A DNA stretch of 64,000 nucleotides. It comes from Podarcis liolepis (lineage: Eukaryota). Made by a program: the position numbers and the translations under genes. A model generated the notes under the pieces. That model was not told where the DNA came from and searched no databases. It worked only from the letters and a program-made list of their open reading frames with translations. Positions 60,601-64,000 of the stretch are shown here, in pieces (positions within the stretch are counted from its first letter, which is position 1; each line of letters starts with the position of its first letter). The DNA lies in the NCBI GenBank assembly GCA_965112155.1, contig OZ218098.1; one strand, given 5' to 3'.

Positions 60601-62811
60601 GGAGGCATATATGTTAATTGTTGCAGTTGGGTGGGAATGGAAAGGCTCAATCATGAATGATAGCAGGAAGGATGCAGAACTGTCAGTTCCAATACAAAAC
60701 AGCAACACCTCATTTTTCAAAGGGTACTTTGCACATCTGAGCTGCTTCTGCATGCAGTTTCCTTTGCCAGCTTACACAGAGCTAGATCAGTCTTTCCCAG
60801 TCCTTCCTGGGGATGGTAAGGACTGAAACGGAGACCTTCTTCCAAAACATGAGCTCTGCTACCAAGCTATAGCCCTTCCTCAATGTGAATTTCTGCTCAG
60901 ACAACTAAATTGGTGTGATCGCTTGTGGGCTGAGCAGCACTGGACTTAATTTAGCTTCTGGTGGAACCATGTGATGGTTTCACCATGGAATGATTGGTCC
61001 CCCCCCCCCATGAAAAAAGAGTTTGCCACCACTTCAACTGGATAGGCTTCCTTCAGCAACCTCTGAAGGCATTCTACTCTAATTTGGGACTCAATGCCAT
61101 ACAGGAAAAGTACTGCATCACAATGTAGTGTATTTCTCAGAGACCTCCTTGCAAGGCAGGGATGACTGTTGCAAATATTTCCACCCCACAAAATACACTA
61201 TCCTTGTTTAATAATTATTTGCTCAAAGGAGAGAGCATTTGCTTATGCATTCCAGCAAAGTTGACAGATTTCAAAAGAGATCCAAAGTTTATCCTTCTGT
61301 TGTTACAACTGTGATCCACCTACCTCATTGTGGTAACTAATGTGCTGTCCATTAACTTTAAAGCACCAATTATTTTTTCTGTGTTATCGGTGTAAAGAAA
61401 GATTTGAAGTAACCAGATTAGAGTTGTTCAATTGAAAATAGATTTTTAATTTCATGTAATACTAAGGCATCTGAAAAACAACAACAACATTCCTAGGAGC
61501 CCTGTAACTTCCTTTCTTTTTATTCTAAAAAAGCATGATGCTTAATGTTTTTAATTAAGGGTCTCTGAAGGAACTCACTGCAAAGGACTTAAACAGAGGG
61601 GGAAAGACAAAACTTTTAAACATCAAACAGCAGTACACAAATAAGATTTTATATAAATGATATTATTTACATACATATGTAAATAATATCATTTATATAA
61701 AATGTAATAATGTAATATTTACATACATATGTAAATAATATCATTTATATAAAATGTAATAAATGTAATAAAACAGAGCACCGCCTTCCACAAATTCTAC
61801 CTTCCTGGTTGTGCCTTTCTGATGCTTGGTTGCTATGCTGGTTGGAGGGGAAATTGCCTCTTTCTGTTCACCTTGGCTGGACAGCAGCTTCCTCAAAAGG
61901 GTTGGCACTCAGGAACTGAAACTTACAGCCCTTTCTAACATAAAAACAAACAACAAACCATCAGCAAACAAGGAACTCATGGTGCTAGGGAAATCAATAA
62001 CTCATTTTAAAGCACTACTAACCTGTTCCTAAGTGTTCAGGGCCTTACAGAAAGGCATTATCTAAATCAGGCATGTCCAACCCGGCATTATCTACCAGTA
62101 GATCTCCGGCTGATCCTGGTAGATTGCGGGACCCTTATTGATCATGGGATTAAATAAGTTTACCGAAAGTTAACAAAGAAAAGCTGAATATCTTTGGGCA
62201 ATCCTACCCCCAAAAAACTCAACAACTCTGGGCAGTCTTCTGCAAACACCAAAAAACAATTTTGGGCAATCCACACACACCCTCTTCCTCCAATGACAAT
62301 GGGTATATCACTGCCAGTTTTTTTTTATACTGGGAGTAGATTGCAGTCTCTTGGAAGTTTGATGTGCCTGGCTTAAATGGTACTGAGGCAATGAACTAAT
62401 TGCCCATAATAGTGGCTGTTCCTTACCTGAGCTGTCCCACTGAGTAGGCACAGCCTGGTTAAAGTACTATACACCACCTCTAAGTTTTTAGAAACAAACT
62501 TTGCATAGATAATTGAATTCTTAAGGTACCAACATTCATTTTTCTAGTAGTCTATCCCTCAAGAAGTGGAAGTGTTTCTAATTCTGATATTAGGAGTAGG
62601 CTCATACTGTATATGGAAATTTGTACTGGGGTATTCAGATGATAGTAGTTTCCCTAGCCAATCTTTTCTGATTTTATCTGATAAAGTTTGCTATAACCAA
62701 TTCTCATTTTTTTGTCATCAGAAAGCAGGGTATAAACCTGAATGGGTGGACTTGTGTGGAGCTCACATCGAATGGACTAAAGACAAGTCTAGCAAAAAGA
62801 ATGTTTTCCAG
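14291..62811 (+). CDS. ARHGAP15: ARHGAP15 (Rho GTPase-activating protein 15), partial spliced CDS: join(14291..14455,45772..45846,50375..50433,55466..55553,62722..62811), continuing past the window end
   Basis: Spliced translation: [159 protein letters not shown]. It matches the ARHGAP15 N-terminus and PH domain as I recall them ([48 protein letters not shown]). All introns are GT-AG, with phases 0,0,2,0. Confidence 0.96.
14508..14749 (+). mobile_element. pogo/Tigger-like MITE family A, copy 3 (242 bp)
   Basis: TA TSD and TIR CAGTGGTACCTC; starts 53 bp after the end of the first coding exon. Confidence 0.93.
15277..15537 (+). mobile_element. pogo/Tigger-like MITE family B, copy 1 (261 bp)
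   Basis: TA TSD; TIR CAGTGGTACCTCGCAAGACGAA...TTCGTCTTGCGAGGCACCACTG. Confidence 0.93.
18917..19384. other. Assembly gap (N run)
   Basis: N characters. Confidence 1.
23323..23889 (+). mobile_element. 5'-truncated BovB (RTE) LINE with 12-bp TSD
   Basis: Encodes a frameshifted BovB RT C-terminus ([51 protein letters not shown]; [28 protein letters not shown]). The 3' end is GTCACGAAGAGTCGGACACGACTAAACAAC. TSD ATGCCAATAATG at 23311-23322 and 23890-23901. Confidence 0.95.
24208..24352 (-). mobile_element. tRNA-Ile-derived SINE with CR1 3' tail (POM/Squam2-like lacertid SINE)
   Basis: The minus strand reads GGATAGCTCAGTTGGTTAGGGCGTAGTGCTGATAATGCTAAGGTTGCAGGTTCAATCCCCATATGGGAC (tRNA-Ile-like, A and B boxes). 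This is joined to the CR1 tail ATTCCTGCACTGCAGGGGGCTGGGCTAGATGATCC...CCCTTCCAACTCTACAATTCTATG. Confidence 0.85.
24378..25026 (+). mobile_element. CR1 LINE 3' fragment (degenerate ORF2 C-terminus)
   Basis: Peptides [12 protein letters not shown]....[41 protein letters not shown] and [33 protein letters not shown]; tail TTCCAGTTCTACAATTCTAT. Confidence 0.93.
25401..25418 (-). promoter_or_regulatory. CTCF-like motif
   Basis: Minus strand TCCCACCAGGGGGCTGT resembles the core CCACCAGGGGGCGC. Confidence 0.4.
25937..26383 (+). mobile_element. 5'-truncated CR1 LINE with 9-bp TSD
   Basis: Peptide [46 protein letters not shown]; tail CCCTTCCAACTCTATGATTCTA; TSD AAGAACATC at 25928-25936 and 26384-26392. 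Confidence 0.94.
27790..28235. other. Assembly gap (N run)
   Basis: N characters. Confidence 1.
29184..29216. repeat. (TG)n(AG)n microsatellite
   Basis: Directly visible. Confidence 0.9.
34810..35106 (+). mobile_element. pogo/Tigger-like MITE family B, copy 2 (297 bp)
   Basis: TA TSD and the same TIRs as the 15277 copy, plus internal micro-duplications. Confidence 0.93.
45772..45846 (+). CDS. ARHGAP15: ARHGAP15 second coding exon
   Basis: Acceptor attttcag|ATATCC and donor ACG|gtaagc; 75 nt encoding [25 protein letters not shown]. Confidence 0.93.
49660..49984. mobile_element. hAT (Charlie-like) MITE, 325 bp
   Basis: Perfect 15-bp TIR CAGTGTTTTTCAACC/GGTTGAAAAACACTG. The right flank TTCTAGAC fits the NTCTAGAN target. 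The interior is CpG-rich. Confidence 0.85.
50375..50433 (+). CDS. ARHGAP15: ARHGAP15 third coding exon (start of PH domain)
   Basis: Acceptor ttctttattgcag|GTAATC and donor AAG|gtatga; 59 nt encoding [19 protein letters not shown](R). Confidence 0.93.
52921..53060. mobile_element. Short palindromic hAT-like MITE common in squamates
   Basis: Fold-back core ACTACAACTCTCATCA...GGGGCTGATGGAAGTTGGAGT; degenerate relatives are at about 8210-8300, 36220-36285 and 51585-51667. Confidence 0.6.
53564..53805 (-). mobile_element. pogo/Tigger-like MITE family A, copy 4 (242 bp, inverted)
   Basis: Reverse complement of copies 2 and 3, with TA TSD. Confidence 0.93.
55466..55553 (+). CDS. ARHGAP15: ARHGAP15 fourth coding exon (PH domain)
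   Basis: Acceptor tttctttaaag|GAAAAAC and donor CTG|gtaagc; 88 nt encoding (R)[29 protein letters not shown]. Confidence 0.95.
55806..56117. mobile_element. Old Merlin-like MITE with long imperfect TIRs
   Basis: Left GGTAACACTTTAAATTAAGGTGCCAGTTATAAATGCTTTATTCTTAT versus right reverse GGTAACACCCTATATTAAGGTGCCATTTATAACTACTTTATTATTAT (40/47). GG termini; 8-bp flanks AATGTGGA/AAAGAGCA (5/8). Confidence 0.7.
57646..57829 (-). mobile_element. L2-type LINE 3' end with expanded (AAT)n microsatellite
   Basis: (AAT)n at about 57646-57710 is followed by TTTATACCCCGCCCATCTGGCTGAGTTTCCCCAGCCACTCTGGGCAGCT...AAAAACTTCCCTGAACAGGGCTGC. Confidence 0.7.
61646..61762. repeat. Perfect AT-rich palindrome (28-bp arms) overlapped by a 52-bp-period direct duplication
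   Basis: Arms 61646-61673 and 61676-61703 with loop CA; 61664-61710 is repeated at 61716-61762. Confidence 0.95.
62068..62370. mobile_element. hAT-type non-autonomous element
   Basis: TIR CAGGCATGTCCAAC / reverse CAGGCACATCAAAC; 8-bp flanks ATCTAAAT/GCTTAAAT. Confidence 0.65.
62722..62811 (+). CDS. ARHGAP15: ARHGAP15 fifth coding exon (PH domain)
   Basis: Acceptor ttttttgtcatcag|AAAGCA and donor CAG|gtagga; 90 nt encoding [30 protein letters not shown]. Confidence 0.95.
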
Positions 62812-63367
62812 GTAGGAGATGGTTTATTATTGCCCTATCATTATTTGGCAATTTCATTATTAAAAACAAAGCAAAAAACTCAACAAACCAGAGTTCCTTT
62901 CCATGCATAGTATAGAGTGTGCAATGGCACGTAACATTTTATTCACTCTTTCCTGTATTTTCCCACCCCCCTGGCCTAAAGTGTCTTGATGATTGAATCA
63001 GCTAAAAACCCTTGAGAACCTGTTGATTTGCTGATTAATGTGCCATGTTCAATTTGTTTTTAAAAGTTGGTAGGTAATTTGTTTTGGGTTTAAGACTGGG
63101 ATCCTTGACCTAGTGAACTCCTGTAAACAGAACTTTCACACTGCTTACATAAGCTATATTCCCAACTGAGTGGAATTTGCCTGTTTATTTTTATTATTTC
63201 TTAGGGCTTTAATGACAGGTTCATTCCAGAGCAAAGACGGCACAGGGATGGGGAGGTAAAAAAGCAACAAAGCTGCATCTCTTAGAGCCAGCTCAATCAG
63301 CTATGCATTTATTCCAAAGTCAGATAATTTTAATGAATGTAAAGAAAGTTTTATAGTAATGCTTATA

Positions 63368-63605
63368 AAGGTAAAGGGACCCCTGACCATTAGGTCCAGT
63401 TGCGGACGACTCTGGGGTTGCTCGCTCATCTCATTTTATTGGCCTATGGAGCCGGCGTACAGCTTCCAGGTCATGTCGCCAGCATGACTAAGCTGCTTCT
63501 GGCGAACCAGAGCAGCGCACGGAAATGGCGTTTACCTTCCCGCCAGAGCAGTACCTATTTATCTACTGGCACTTCGTGCTTTCAAATTGCTAGGTTGGCA
63601 GGATA
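63368..63605 (-). mobile_element. Sauria SINE, 5'-truncated (no tRNA head), with 13-bp TSD
   Basis: Reverse tail AAAGGTAAAGGGACCCCTGACCATTAGGTCCAG and core GGTCATGTCGCCAGCATGACTAAG...GTTTACCTTCCCGCC...GTACCTATTTATCTACT. Flanks are AGTAATGCTTATA (63355-63367) and AGTGATGCTTATA (63606-63618). Confidence 0.92.
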
Positions 63606-64000
63606 AGTGATGCTTATACGCTGATGCTAAAGAAGTTGGGTTGTAGTCAACATAGCGCGAAGCAAAATGTTCTACCAGCACAATGTGCAATGAAGCATTC
63701 TCCTTTTCTCTCACACCCATTACATCTGTTCTGGGCGTTCCCCCAACCCTCCAGAGCAGATGTGGAGATGCCGCAAGGTGTGGGTCGATGGAGAGTAAAT
63801 GCTATTGGGCTATCAGAACGATTTAGTTGATTACTCTCTATTGATCACAAAGGTGCTGCCTTATGAGTAACAGTGATGTAGATTTCAGCCTTACAGCATC
63901 ATCCTATGCACAGAAGATTGCTGCCTCAGTTGTCAGGGCCAGCTTCAAGGGGCTGCTCCCATGAGGGTGAGCCCACTTAGGATTCCTTGACGCCTCCTCT

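Noticed and set aside
62566-62910. 114-aa ORF as a stand-alone gene
   Set aside because: Only the central 30 codons (62722-62811) are the ARHGAP15 exon; the rest is intron read-through.

Overview
Vertebrate genomic DNA, not prokaryotic. The repeat content (BovB/RTE, Sauria SINE, a tRNA-Ile/CR1-tail SINE, CR1, L2) points to a squamate, probably a lacertid lizard. The window holds the 5' part of ARHGAP15 on the + strand. Five coding exons (14291-14455, 45772-45846, 50375-50433, 55466-55553, 62722-62811) have canonical GT-AG sites and consistent phases. They splice to 477 nt / 159 aa covering the N-terminus and most of the PH domain; the RhoGAP domain lies beyond the window. A probable ETS/RUNX-type promoter and non-coding first exon lie near 9.5-10.16 kb. 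The rest is intron or intergenic sequence with pogo/Tigger-type MITEs, hAT MITEs, a Merlin-like MITE, a solo LTR, LINE/SINE fragments, microsatellites and two assembly gaps. Nearly all listed six-frame ORFs are spurious. I found no convincing wholly new biological system. The best leads are regulatory or splicing-related: a recursive-splice-like exon 4 junction, candidate intronic promoters and a Met-only alternative start, enhancer-like blocks, and an inverted MITE pair around exons 3-4. There are also unusual palindromic structures.
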